Shown: in pieces, positions 36,545 to 48,787 of the stretch
Layout of the letters: each line of letters begins with the position of its first letter
Position numbering within the stretch: the first letter of the stretch is position 1
The notes under the pieces: model-generated
Seen by the model: the letters and a program-made list of their open reading frames with translations, nothing else
Database searches by the model: none
Told to the model about the DNA's origin: nothing
Translations under genes and position numbers: made by a program
Assembly (NCBI RefSeq): GCF_035084215.1
Contig: NC_090325.1
Coordinates: 22,630,001-22,694,000, forward strand
Reading direction: 5' to 3'
DNA: 64,000 bases
Source: Heptranchias perlo
Taxonomy: Eukaryota

Positions 36545-37994
36545 CCTGTTTTAAAAGAAAAAAACCCAGAAAATCCATTGTGGGTCTTCTTGAGAGCCCA
36601 AGGGGTTAATTGCATAACATGCATTTGTCAATTTCTGATTTCCTTCTGCCTCCATGGGGTAATATCCACTCAAGTTAACAAACTTAAAATCTAATAATGC
36701 CTGATATATATTTACATTCAGCAATGCAAAAGTTGTTGCTTAGTGAGGATTTAAGCAGAGTTAATCAGATACGAAAAAAATTAAAGACAGTTGCCTGTGG
36801 AAGGCGTTAATTTCCTTGCAGTAAAAAGAAGACGGAGCCAGTTTTCGTCAGACTCATGCAGCTATCACGTAAATTCTAAAAAACTTTGCATATGAAAGAG
36901 TCGAGCTCCATTTTACTTTATTTTCAAAAAGTCTTTGTGCTGTTAAAATAGTGATAATTTGCAAAAAGATCATAAAACAATTAAATTTTGGAAAATAAAT
37001 TTCTCTCCTTTTTGACTTCCAAATATGAGCCGTGATGGTGCGGAATTTTTTTTTTACCAAACTGATGATTCTTAGGAGTTGGAAATCTGTTAAAACAAGC
37101 AGAAATCATTAGTAACATCGCTATTAACTTTAAAAATTCTTGCTAGGGAAGGCATATTTTAATTCGTTCATCTCATTTTATAAAAGGTAGGTTTATCCAG
37201 GCCTTCTACTTTACAAATATTTCAGATTTTTGTTGATTCTCCAGTTGTTGCCATAGAGATAGCAGGAGATCCTCTAATCATTCTTTTTTTGCCTGGTCAC
37301 TTTTTTCCCTGACCACAGTCAATCAGGAGACTGAAGGTTGCTGTCAGTTTGCTAACAGCTATTGCATTCCAGTACAACCAAAATGATTAAACAAGCAGAA
37401 TCATCAGAAATATCCCAAAATTTTAGAGGCACTAAACCCAGTCCAAATTCATGCCCTGTACTGAATCAGCCCCCCAGTTAACAACAGTATTCACTCTCTC
37501 TGATACTCAACACAACTCCAAACACATCAATTACACTCAACATTAACTCCTTATCCATTTCAAATCACTAAGCATGGATGATAAATTCAAAAATGCCAAT
37601 TTTTTTATATCTGATAATCTCCTGTCCAGAACTAGAGACGTTCACATAATTTTCAATAACCAGAATTTCACCATGGCCACAATAAAAGTCTGGTTTTCAC
37701 AATTTAATAGGTTAGTTAACCTCAATGACTCCAATTTAATTCAGCAATATCTTAAACTTAAGACAATAGAGCAGGTAAAATGATCATACTAGCACATGCT
37801 TACAAAAACCAAGTAAATTACGTCATCGTCTTGTCCTATCTTCAGGCGCCTTTCCAAATGACTTTAAAAAATACTGAATATTACTGAAGAAAAAGTTAGC
37901 TATCACAGTTAAACAAAACCTTTGTAACATTCTTGCACAAAAGGGAAAAAGAGGGCGGAGCCACATCCAGTGGCATTAAAACATTCACACAGGC

Positions 37995-38098
37995 TTTTTA
38001 AAGAGACAGTACACTGAAACCTTGCAGCCTTCCACATTTTATCCTTTTTAAAGAGACAGTACACTGAAATCTTGCAGCCTTCCACATTTTATCCTTTT
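37995..38098. repeat. 50-bp tandem duplication
   Basis: TTTTTAAAGAGACAGTACACTGAAA(C/T)CTTGCAGCCTTCCACATTTTATCC x2, one mismatch. Confidence 0.9.
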
Positions 38099-38487
38099 TC
38101 CCTCAAACCAATTTTCAATTTCTGATATTTGCTACTTAACCCCATTCTGTGTTGATTCAAAACCTCAAGTTCACTGACCATGTCCTCAACCAAGCCTGTT
38201 ACCTCCTGCACAATTCTTAGCTTTCTTCTCTGTTGGTATGTGAGAGGGGTGAAATGACATAGAGTAAAAGGGGGAGGGGATGCTGAGGATCCAGTCGAGA
38301 GTCTCATTTTTGGGATTTGCTCCTGGAGCTGGGTAGGCCCATAGGGGACCACCATGGTTTGGACCCTGTTCTCTTCAGCCTTCATTTTGGTTGAAATCAT
38401 GGGTGCCATTCCAACAGGACCCTCTACCCTTGCTCGCTGGTCTATCCTCAGAGCTCCCCGGATGTCAAGGAGCATACAGGGTAACAT
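38089..38487 (-). pseudogene. gag-like remnant
   Basis: Lies downstream of LTR/PBS on the same strand; PVGMAPMISTK...VPYGPTQL is reminiscent of a capsid N-terminus. Weak recognition only. Confidence 0.35.
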
Positions 38488-38489
38488 AA

Positions 38490-40307
38490 GGCAGAAAAGG
38501 ATAGCTTATGTCAGACAATGAGAGCTCAATACTACAGAAAGCCTAGATGAGTGTAAAAAGTGCAAGGGTGAAATAAAAAAGGAAATTAGGAAAGCAAAGA
38601 GAGGGCATGAAAAAATATTGGCAAGTAAAATCAAGGAAAACCCAAAGATCAATAGGATAACTAAGGAAAGAGTAGGGCCTATTAAAGACTAAAAAGGTAA
38701 CATATGTGTGGAGGCGGAAGATGTGGATATGGTTCTTAATGAATACTTTGCATCTGACTTCACAAAAGAGAGGGACGATGCATACATTGTAGTTAAGGAG
38801 GAGGAGTGTGAAATATTGGATGGGATAAACATAATGAGAGATGAAGTATTAAGGGGATTAGCTTCTTTGAAAGTAGATAAATCACCAGGGCCAGATAAAT
38901 TGTATCCCAGGCTGTTAAAAGAAGTAAGGGAGGAAATAGCAGAAGCTCTAACCATCATTTTCCAATCCTCACTGGATACAGGCATGATGTCAGAGGATTG
39001 GAGGACTGCTTACCTTGTACCATTGTTTAAAAAGGGAGCGAGGGATAGACCGAGTAATTACAGGCCAGTCGGTCTAACCTCGGTGGTGGGCAAATTATTG
39101 GAATCAATTCTGAGGGACAGGATAAACTGTCACTTAGTAATCATGGATAGTCAGCATGGATTTGTTAAGGGAAGTTCGTGTCTGACTAACCTGATTGAAT
39201 TTTTTGAGGCGGTAACAAGGAGGATCGATGAGGGTAGTGCATTTCATGTAGTCTACATGGATTTTAGCAAGGCTTTTGACAAGGTCCCACGTGGCAAACT
39301 GATCAAAAAAGTACAAGCCCATGGGATCCAAGGAAAAGTGACAAGTTGGATCCAAAATTGGCTCAGTGGCAGGAAGCAAAGGGTGATGGTCGATGGGTGT
39401 TTTTGTGATTGGAAAGCTATTTCCAGTGGGGTTCTGCAGGGCTCAGTACTAGGCCCCTTGCTTTTTGTGATATATATTAATGTCTTAGATTTATATGTAG
39501 GGGGCATGATTAAGAAGTTTGCAGATGATACAAAAATTGGCCGTGTGGTTGATAGTGAGGAAGACTGCAGGAAGATATCAATGGACCGGTCAGGTGGGCA
39601 GAAAAGTGGCAAATGGAATTCAATCCAGTGTGAGGTAATGCATTTGGGGAGGTCAAACAAGGCAAGGGAGTACACAATAAATGGGAGGATTGTGAGAAGT
39701 GTAGAAGAAGTGAGGGACCTTGGAGTGCATGTCCACAGATCCCTGAAGGTAGCAGGACAGGTAGATAAGGTGGTTAAGAAGGCATATGGGACACTTTCCT
39801 TTATTAGCTGAGGCATAGAATATAAGAGCAGGGAGGTTATGCTGGAACTGTATAAAACACTGGTTAGGCCACAGCTTGAGTACTGTGTACAGTTCTGGTC
39901 ACCACATTACAGGAAAGATGTAATTGCACTAGAGAGGGTACAGAGGATATTTACGAGGATGTTGCCAGGACTGGAGAATTTTAGCTATGAGGAAAGATCG
40001 GATAGGCTGGGGTTGTTCTCTTTGGAACAGAGGAGGCTGACGGGTGATTTAATTGAGGTGTAATTATGAGGGGCCTAGATAGAGTGGATAGGAAGGACCT
40101 ATTTCCCTTAGCAGAGGGGTCAGTGACCAGCGGGCATCGATTTAAAGTGATTGGCAGAAGGATTAGAGGGGAGCTGAGGAAAAATATTTTCAACCAAAGG
40201 GAGGTGGGGGTCTGGAACTCACTGCCTGAAAGGATGGTAGAGGCAGAAACCCTCAATTCATTTAAAAAGTACCTGGATGTGCACCTGAAGTGCCTTAACC
40301 TACAAGG
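38490..40307 (+). mobile_element. CR1 LINE RT fragment lacking its 3' tail
   Basis: ORFs 38708..39811 (KSPGPD, SCLTNL, MDFSKAFDKV, KFADD), 39839..40063 and 40066..40380. Confidence 0.95.
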
Positions 40308-40340
40308 CTGTTATACTTTGTGCAGAATTAATTACCTCGC

Positions 40341-40358
40341 GCCCCACGTTGGGCGCCA
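40341..40358 (-). promoter_or_regulatory. retroviral primer-binding site complementary to tRNA-Lys1,2
   Basis: Minus strand TGGCGCCCAACGTGGGGC (18 nt), 4 nt after the LTR end. Confidence 0.9.
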
Positions 40359-40362
40359 GTTA

Positions 40363-40878
40363 TGTGGGTTATTTCAATAATAGTGGCACAAGGTCTTCTG
40401 TAGCAAAGTATTACAAGCCTTTATTAAAACAGTATACAAAGATAACACAGTATGCAAAGATACAACCTGGGCAAAGCGTCACTACAGGATCGTGAGGTGA
40501 TCAGTCTCTCGACTCTTGCTGCACTACCTGAGCAGTCCAGTCGCACTCCGAGAATGTTCTAAAATATCCCCTGCTAGTCCTGTCCTTTATACACATAGAA
40601 AAACAACTTGTGTAGCAAGACCCTCCGTGAGCCCATGACTCTTATTATTAGTTAATATGATGTTGTGACCTTGTGAATCCTGTTATTGTCTTTACTTCTA
40701 CTTAGCTAGCTCTTCGTCTGGTATCGCTTTGCAACCCATCTCAATAACAGGATTCAGGCAGCTGGTGGTTGAAAATTGCTGATCTGTTATAAACCTCGGG
40801 GCCCAGGCAAGAGTAATCTCAACTGCTAGCAAACTAAAAGACAGGCTTGGAGACAAAGATTTTCAGTACTTTTCCACA
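40363..40878 (-). mobile_element. 5' LTR (TGTGG...CCACA), 516 bp
   Basis: 5-bp inverted termini; minus-strand TATAAA (~40590), then AATAAA (~40425), then the PBS. Confidence 0.8.
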
Positions 40879-41070
40879 AGGACTCTCAGTGAATTCCCTG
40901 CTCTTTGAAAACATGCCGTGAGATATTTTACATCCACCTGAATAGGAAGACGGGGCCCCAGTTTAACATCTCAGCTCATCAAAGACGTCATCTCCGACAG
41001 CATTCTCCCATTACTACATTGGAGTCTAAGCCTAGATTATATACTCAAGTCCTGGAGTGGAACTTGATTC
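40879..41070 (-). mobile_element. Deu-domain SINE, right part of the split copy
   Basis: AGGAC...CCCTGCTCTT...TTTACATCCACCTGA...GACGGGGCCCCAGTTTAAC continues the SINE from where 33345-33428 stops. Confidence 0.65.
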
Positions 41071-41664
41071 TATAAAGAGAAGTAATGTTTTGGGGAGGGG
41101 ATAAAAAGCAGAATAGATGCTCCAATCATCCAGAGGAAGTTAATGGTTTGAATGATCAACACCATGCTTAAAAAAAAGGGAATTATTATATGACACAAAA
41201 CATCATCTCAATAACCCGATGAAAAGCATTATAAAAATGAAAAAATATGCAAATAGCTAAAGCAGTGATGTCAGTTTTATGATGAGGTCTTTGTGTTGGA
41301 CACTGCACTCACGTGATGCGGTAACTCTGCAGTAACCAATGAAGAGCTTCTATTGCAGAAAAAAAAATTCAAAAAGTTGAATTTGTTCTCAGTTTTTAAA
41401 ATTATATTAAAAACTCTAAAACTATGCATACATAGCAATAGTCACCACACTTTAAATAGTAATTCATTGTCCAAAGTACTTTGAGATGTTTTGACACAAA
41501 ATATGCTATATAAATGCAAGTTATTGTAATCCGCAAGAAATTTACTAATGCAAATTTGTAAATGCTTCTGCTTTATCAAATTATAGTATCAGGCATCTCC
41601 TAGACCAGGAATCTGCATATTTAGCCAGTTGTGCATTTTCTTGGCACAAAACTTGGCAGTGTTT

Positions 41665-42142
41665 CATCCAAATCTCTGCTGCCCATATCCTAACTCGCAC
41701 CAAGTCTTGTTCACCCTTCACCCTAGCGTGCTGACCTATATTGGCTCCTGGTCCAGCATTGCCTCAAATTTAAAATTCTTATCTTTGTGTTCAAATCTCT
41801 CGATGGTCTCACCTCTCCCTATCTCTGTATATCCCCCAGCCCTATAAACCCTCTGAGAACTCTATGTTCATCCAATTCTGGCCTCTTGTGCATCCCTGAT
41901 TTCCTTCGCCCCTCCATTGGCAGCCCTGCCTTCAGCCATCTATTTCCCGAGCTCTGAGATTCCCTCCTTTAACCTCTCCACCTCTCTCTCCTCTTTTAAG
42001 ACGCTGCTTAAAACCTACCTCTTTGACCAAGCATTTGGTCACCCATCCTAATATCTCCTTTTATGGCTCAGATACAAATTCTGTCTGATAACGCTCCTGT
42101 GGAGCACCTCGGGACATTTTACTATATGTGTTATTGTTGTTG
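41665..42142 (+). mobile_element. L2 LINE 3' end
   Basis: Homologous to 26960-27460; (TTG)n tail. Confidence 0.85.
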
Positions 42143-43219
42143 TTGGCAACAACAGCTCTGAATCAGATCTCAGACCTGTCCGATGTCACAGCCTCCATTA
42201 CAATCAATGCAGTAATCGACAAACGTGTGTCACGTTAAAATAAAAAGGGAAAACTGCAAACGCTGGAAATATGAAATAAAAACAGAAAATGCTGGAAATG
42301 CACAGCAGGTCCGTCGGCATCCGTAAAGAGAAAAGGCTGGCTATGATTTCACAGATGTGTGCCCTTCGATCAGACCTGAATAATGCACACTTGCACACTG
42401 TTTTGGGGGTGGGTCTTAAGTATTTAGTTCCCTCCAAATAGCTTTCATGCAGATGAGGAAATAATGATGTTTTAAAATTACGTTACTGTATTTTTTGCTG
42501 TAATTCTGTTTTTCGTGTTGTTATTGTTAGGTATGGTTCACTACTCTATATTTTTGTTCAAATTTATTCCAGGTAATTAACACATCAAATGCATCACAGG
42601 ACGAATATGCGGCAGAAGGACTGGAATGTTATCTCAAACTTTTTTGTGCTTTTCGAAAGTTGCAGTCAAAACTTTATATCATTGAACTGGGCCTTGTCTA
42701 CTTTTCACCCTGTTTTATCATCGCAAATCTCTTTCTTTAGTTTTTGGAAATTGGGATGAAACTTGCACCTCATTGTACTTAGAGTGCACACGTCTTTGAG
42801 CCATTACTAGCAGATTTATCGCTGTTTAAGGCTTTAACCTTTGGAAATACTCTTCGAGCAAATGCTACAATGATGGATGTAAAACATTGTCTCCTTGTAA
42901 TATAGCCCTTGTGTTTACTATCTAGTAAATTGATGTAGCTTATCCTATATTTTGCTATTTGTATCATACATCGAGTGTAAAATGTATATGGTGACTTTGA
43001 GGCTGTGAAAGCAGTAATTCTCCAAATTCTGCGTGTTTTAAATAATGATAATTAAAAAGAAAAAAACGATTTCCTGTGTGTTATTAAAAATGAATTGATT
43101 TCCAGTTAGGTGTCTGGTTGAAAAACTGACGTCTGAGGATTGCAGGGTAAAGTATTTACCTCGTTGTTACTTTGAGTAATTGCAAGGTTGTACAGAACCT
43201 TACTGCATACATCGCGTAC

Positions 43220-44860
43220 AATCTAACACTACAAAGTTACTGGGGTAGAAATTGGATTAAGTCCATTTTCGGGGGCAGAATGGGCGCCACGCTCGAAGCG
43301 CACGTCCAATCACGTGGACGCAACTTAGGCCCCCAAATTAGTTCCCCTGATTAATTAAAATAAAATAGGCACTGCACTGTTCATTGGCAGCTCACTTAAT
43401 GTGGGCATCAATATCGGTGTTGCTGACGCCATTTAAAGGCATCCTGCAACTCTAAAAGGGGAGGTGCAGTTTGGCTGCAGGCAACCAGAACTGAAGATTG
43501 GCAGACACAGTAGAAACTGCAAGGGCTCCCTGTTTTTCTGAGGTATTGGTGGAGGAGGTTGGCAGGAGGAGAGACATCTATCCACCAGGCGGCAGGAAGA
43601 TATCAAGGCCAGTTGCCTGGCATGAGTGGGCAGAGGTGGCAGAGCGGGTCAGTGCCAGAAGCATCACCGCCAGGACATGACTGCAATGCAGGGATAAGTT
43701 CAGTGACCTCACAAGAATAGCTAAGGTAAGCCTCCTGACACATATCTCTCATTACTTTATGATTAGCCTTGCACTACCTGTTGCCCCAGCATTCACCATC
43801 CATCCCTCCCTCGATTCCCCTCCAATCACTGCAGCACACTTCACTCCACCTCCTTCTGCTCCTAATGTCACACTCAGCACCTGCTACTTTTCTTCACCAT
43901 TACTTCCTTCACCTTCTCACACCTCTGCCATCTTTCACACACCAGCGACTCTATTCTACCCTGACATGCATGTCCTCAAAACACTCTCTCTTTCTTGCAG
44001 GGTAAAGCTCGCACACAATAACTGGGAGCAGGCAGCCACAGGAAGAAGGGACACACTTCATCCATGTGCTGTCCCCACTCGAAGAGCAGGTTATGGACAT
44101 CGTGGGCAGGGGACGTGTCAGGACCGTGGCATCTGGTGAGGCTGAAGGATAAGTCTGGCAGGGTTTTAAATCATCTTCCCCTCCTTCGCTTCTCACTTAA
44201 ATCTCACCCCTACATGTGATGCATGACAGGTTGCAGCTGCTTTCAGAAGCCACTCATCTGTCTCTGCATACCCATGTCACTAACTGCTAACTCATCGCCC
44301 ATCCTTACATTTCATGTCTAGAAGCTCAACACAGCCCTGAGAAAGCATCAGAAGAAGAAGAGGGCAGCAATACTCAAACGTACACTTGCAGACACCAGCT
44401 CAGAGAATGGAACTGCACATTATTCAGAAGGTAGACTAGAGGGGTCTACATGTGGAGATCCATACAGCACGAGTGCCCAGGAGCAAGGGCAGGGGGATAG
44501 GATTGCCCAGAAAGCAGCTCGGCGGAGGGAGATCTTTCATCCTAGCCCTGCTGCACAGAGTACAGATGCAGACACTGAGGACCCACCAAAACAGCCACAA
44601 ATTTCTCCCAAAAACACCCTAGAAGTTTAAAACGATTAACCAGCGACTTACCTTGATGGAAGTGAGGATCCCTTTAAATACCGCTTGTCGACTGTTCCCG
44701 CCATGGTTTGCTGGGTGGGTTAAGGAAGTGACTTTTCAGGCACGCATGGACACCAATTTCACAAAAGTGTCCTGATTCAGGCGCAGGACCCTTACTAGCT
44801 TATTTAAATGAAGCCTGTGTTTGTTTGAGGCAGCCGCCAGGGATGCCTATATGGTGTCAT
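43220..44860 (+). mobile_element. decayed PIF/Harbinger-type DNA transposon carrying a spliced Myb/SANT-like gene remnant
   Basis: 43498-43725 reads RAPCFSEVLVEEVGRRRDI...WAEVAERVSARSITART*LQCRDKFSDL, then donor GTAAGC; next exon at ~44001 reads KLAHNNWEQAATG. No transposase recognised. Confidence 0.7.
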
Positions 44861-44861
44861 G

Positions 44862-44990
44862 ATGTGGAGATGCCGGTGATGGACTGGGGTTGACAATTGT
44901 AAACAATTTTACAACACCAAGTTATAGTCCAGCAATTTTATTTTAAATTCACAAGCTTTCGGAGATTTCCTCCTTCCTCAGGCAAATGTT
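44862..44990 (-). mobile_element. Penelope terminal-repeat fragment
   Basis: ATGTGGAGATGCCGGTGATGGACTGGGG...ACAACACCAAGTTATAGTCC, related to 23970-24045, 59315-59405 and 63659-63800. Confidence 0.75.
44947..44987 (-). ncRNA. minimal hammerhead ribozyme motif
   Basis: Minus strand: atttgc CTGAGGA a ggagg-aaa-tctcc GAAAGCTT gtgaat. Confidence 0.7.
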
Positions 44991-45519
44991 TCAAGAGCTC
45001 CTTGAAGCCTACGCATTTATACATATAGAACAATACATGGTGTTTACAGACTGCCCCTGCAACTGCCCGTTGCCAAGGCAATCACCGTGTTCAGACAGAG
45101 AGGTGTCACCTGCAGAACCCCCGAATACACATTCAACAAATATGGTGTCAGGCACCGTTCCAGAGCGGAACATCACGCTGCAAAATTCGACTTCGTGGCA
45201 TCTGTTTTGGACCTGGAAAACGTGCGAAACGCATTCCAATTTCTACATCATTATGTAGAAAGTTTTCTAAACTGCGAGTGAGATAAATGCCCAGAGATTC
45301 CACTCTTTCATAGGGCAGAATTTGGATGTTGTGCCGGCCGTGTGATTGGAAATTGGGGTGGAACCTCTCTCCACCAGGTTTCCATCCCGTGATCACTGGC
45401 ACCACAAATTATAATGGGAGGGGGAGCTTCTTCCCCGCCCCCACCCCCCCCCATTCCAAAGTCAGTCTCTGGGAAGGGGCAGAGGCAGGATGTGGGATCC
45501 CAGGCTGCCCCAGATATAC

Positions 45520-47560
45520 CACAAGATAAACTCCAAGGAAAAGGTGAGTCTCCAGATATTGACAACAGGGCTGCATTCAATCAAGTATACTACCAAGGAA
45601 CCCAAGTAAAACTAAGGTCATTGAAGGTCAAGGTGAAAACCCTCCAATGGCTGGAGTCATGTTAGAGACATAGGAAGATGGTCATGGTTGTCGAAGGCCA
45701 ATCATCACAGCCCCAGGACATTGCTACCATAATTCCTCCGGGCAGCATCCTTGGCCCAATTATCTTCAGCTGCTTCTTCAAAGTCCCTCCCTCCATCATA
45801 AGGTCAGCAGTGGGGTTGTTTGCTGATTCTCAAATCCATTCCCCGCAGGGCCTGGACAATATCCAGGCTTTCGCTGACAAGTCGCAGGTAACATTTGCGC
45901 CGCATAAGTCCCAAGCTTCATCAGCACCCCCTGCCACTGGGTTCAATATCTACCCCCTCCATTTCCTGTGTTCTGCGGCTGCAATAGATACAATGTGCAG
46001 GATGCACTGCAGCAATTAGTCACATTTGACTGCAGCTCCCATCCCCACAATCACCAAGAAGGACAAGAGCAGCAAAGCCACGGAAACACTATCATCTGCA
46101 AGTTGCCCTCCAAGTCTCTGAGGATGTAACTAGCAGGGTAGATAAAGGGGAACCAGTGGATGTAGTATATTTGGATTTTCAAAAGGCATTTGATAAGGTG
46201 CCACATAAAAGGTTGCTACGCAAGATAAGGGCTCATGCGGTTGGAGGTAATATATTAGTATGGATAGAGGATTGGTTAACGGACAGAAAACAGAAGTAGG
46301 GATAAACAGATCATTTTCACATTGGCAGGCTGTAACTAGTGGGGTGCCGCAAGGATCAGTGCTGGGGCCTCAGCTATTTACAATCTATATTAATGACTTA
46401 GATGAAAGTACTGAGAGTAATGTATCCAAGTTTGCTGATGATACAAAGCTATGTGGGAAAGTAAGCTGTGAGGAGGACACAAAGAGTCTGCAAAGGGATA
46501 TAGACAGGTTAAGTGAGTGGGCAAGAAGGTGGCAGATGGAGTATAATGTGGGGAAATGTGAGGTTATTCACTTTGGTAGGAAGAATAGAGAAACAGAATA
46601 TTTTTTAAATGGTGAGAAACTATTAAATGTTGGTGTTCAGAAAGATCTGGATGTCCTTGTACAAGAAACACAGAAAGTTAGCATGCAGGTACAGCAAGCA
46701 ATTAGGAAGGCAAATGGTATGTTGGCCTTTATTGCAAGGGGGTTGGAGTACAAGAGTAAGAAAGTCTTACTAAATTGTACAGGGCTTTGGTGAGACCACA
46801 TCTGGAGTACAGTGTACAGTTTTCATCTCCTTAAATAAGGAAGAATATACTTGCCATGGAGGCGGTGCAATGGAGGTTCACTAGATTGATTCCTGGGATG
46901 AGAGGGTTGTCCTATGAGGAGAGATTAAGTAGTACAGGCCTGTACTCTGGAGTTTAAAAGAATGAGAGGTGATCTCTTTGAAACATATAAGATTCTGAGG
47001 GGGCTTGACAGGGTAGATGCTGAGAGATTGTTTCTCCCGGCTGGCGAGTCTGGAACTAGGGGGCATAGTCTCAGGATAAGGGGTGGGCCATTTAAGACTG
47101 AGATGAGGAGTAATTTCTTCACTCAGAGGGTTGTGAATCTTTGGAATTCTCTACCCCAGAGGGCTGTGGATGCTGAGTTGTTGAGTATATTCAAGGCTGA
47201 GATCGATAATTTTTTGAACTCTAGGGGAATAACAGGATTATGGGGATCAGGCAGGAAAGTGGAGATGATCTTATTGAATGGCGGAGCAGGCACGAGGGGC
47301 CCTATGGCCTACTCCTGCTCCTATTTCTTATGTTCTTACGTTCTGAAGTCATACACCATCCTGACTTGGACACATACTGCCATTCTTTCATTGTCACTGG
47401 GTCAATCTCCTGGAATTCCCTAAACACCATTGAGGGAGGACCACCACCACAAGGACTGCAGCAGTTCAAGGAGAAGGCCCATTGCCACCTTCTCAGGGCA
47501 ACGAGGAATAGGCAACAAATGTGGTCTCGCCAACATCACTCACATCCTGAGAAAAAATTT
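45520..47560 (+). mobile_element. old LINE (45520-46115, 47345-47560) interrupted by a CR1 RT fragment (46116-47340)
   Basis: ORF 45678..46019 (PPGSILGP, LFAD); ORFs 46260..46793 and 46962..47423 are CR1. The host resumes at AAGTCATACACCATCC. Confidence 0.88.
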
Positions 47561-48169
47561 GAAGAAAATTCCCCCATTACAGACAGTGCTATAAATGCTT
47601 GCAGGAAGCAGGTTACATGCCGTTCTATGCTGCATATCAGCCCTTCTAAGAAGAATTCAAATGTTTGCTTCTGGGGCCAGCAGCGAGGGAGCAATCAAAA
47701 AGACTTTTTGAAAAGTTTTCAATTCTTCCACTTCCTTTAGGTGGGTATGCCTGTAATTTTACTACCGGTGTGGACACCCACCCATAATATTTAAATGACC
47801 CCACCCCTGAATTTAGGTTGGCATCATGGCAGAGTCAAAGCAGCAGGTAGACGTTCTGCCCTGCCACCCTTCCAATGGCAGAACAGCGCCACCAGAATTT
47901 CTAGACCAAGGTGTACAAAACAGCCGGACATTGGGTATAGTAATGATCAATGGTGGGCAATATTGGCGAGCCATTATTTATTGTCCATCCCTAATTGCCC
48001 TGTCAGAGTCAATCATGTAGTTTAGGGCTGGAGTGGCATGTAGGCCAGACCAGGTAGGGATGACAGGTTCCCTTCCCTGAAGAATATTAGTGAACCAATT
48101 GGGTTTCTTGGTCATTTTCTAGTGCCAGCCCACAAATTATTAGATTTATTGAATTCAATATCATAACTT

Positions 48170-48380
48170 GGTCCTGGCCAACATTTATCCCACAACAAAC
48201 ATCACTAAAATAGATTATCTGGTCATTTATATCATTGCTGTTTATAGGAATTTGCTGTGGGCAATTTGGCTGCCACATTTCCCTACATTTCAACAGCAAC
48301 AACACTTCAAAAATGTTCTTCATTAGCTGTGAAATATCCTGAAAGGCACTACTGTATATAAATGCAAATTCTTTCTTTCT
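48170..48380 (+). mobile_element. Deu-domain SINE 3' half
   Basis: GTCCTGGCCAACATTTATCCC...GATTATCTGGTCATT...TATATAAATGCAAAT. Confidence 0.7.
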
Positions 48381-48787
48381 ATGAGGGGATTTAGAACTCA
48401 CAGCCTCTGGGTTGCTAGTCCAGTATCATAACCACTAGGCTACTGCACCCTATCCTGATCATGCCCTTAAAATGTACATACCACATTCTTGTCTGTTCAC
48501 TATTTCAATGCAAATGCTTATCCATTAATTTTAAATAAGTCAATGCCTGCCCTAAAACAGCATGGCCTGGAATTTGATATGAATGCATCAAGTATATGTA
48601 CTAAAACAGTGCTAATTGAGAAATATCCCTTATACATTCCTTTGAAACTTAAGTATTGCCTTTATTTCTTTTGGCAAACCACCAGAACGAACCAAGAGGT
48701 AGAGAAAACCACACCACTTACAAAAGTTTTCAAACATCAAAGTTCAAATACATGCAGGCAAACAGGACAATCTGCAGTGAAGCACTC

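Larger units (their letters stand above)
33430..40878 (-). mobile_element. decayed endogenous retrovirus-like LTR element (one LTR, PBS, gag-like and env-like remnants, no pol seen) with nested insertions
   Basis: LTR 40363-40878, PBS 40341-40358, gag-like ORF 38089..38487, TM-ending pseudo-ORF ~33550-34230; flanked by two halves of one SINE. Confidence 0.6.

Noticed and set aside
42240-42380. Further Penelope-terminus remnants (also ~33255-33330 and ~53270-53380)
   Set aside because: Cores too decayed to call as ribozymes.
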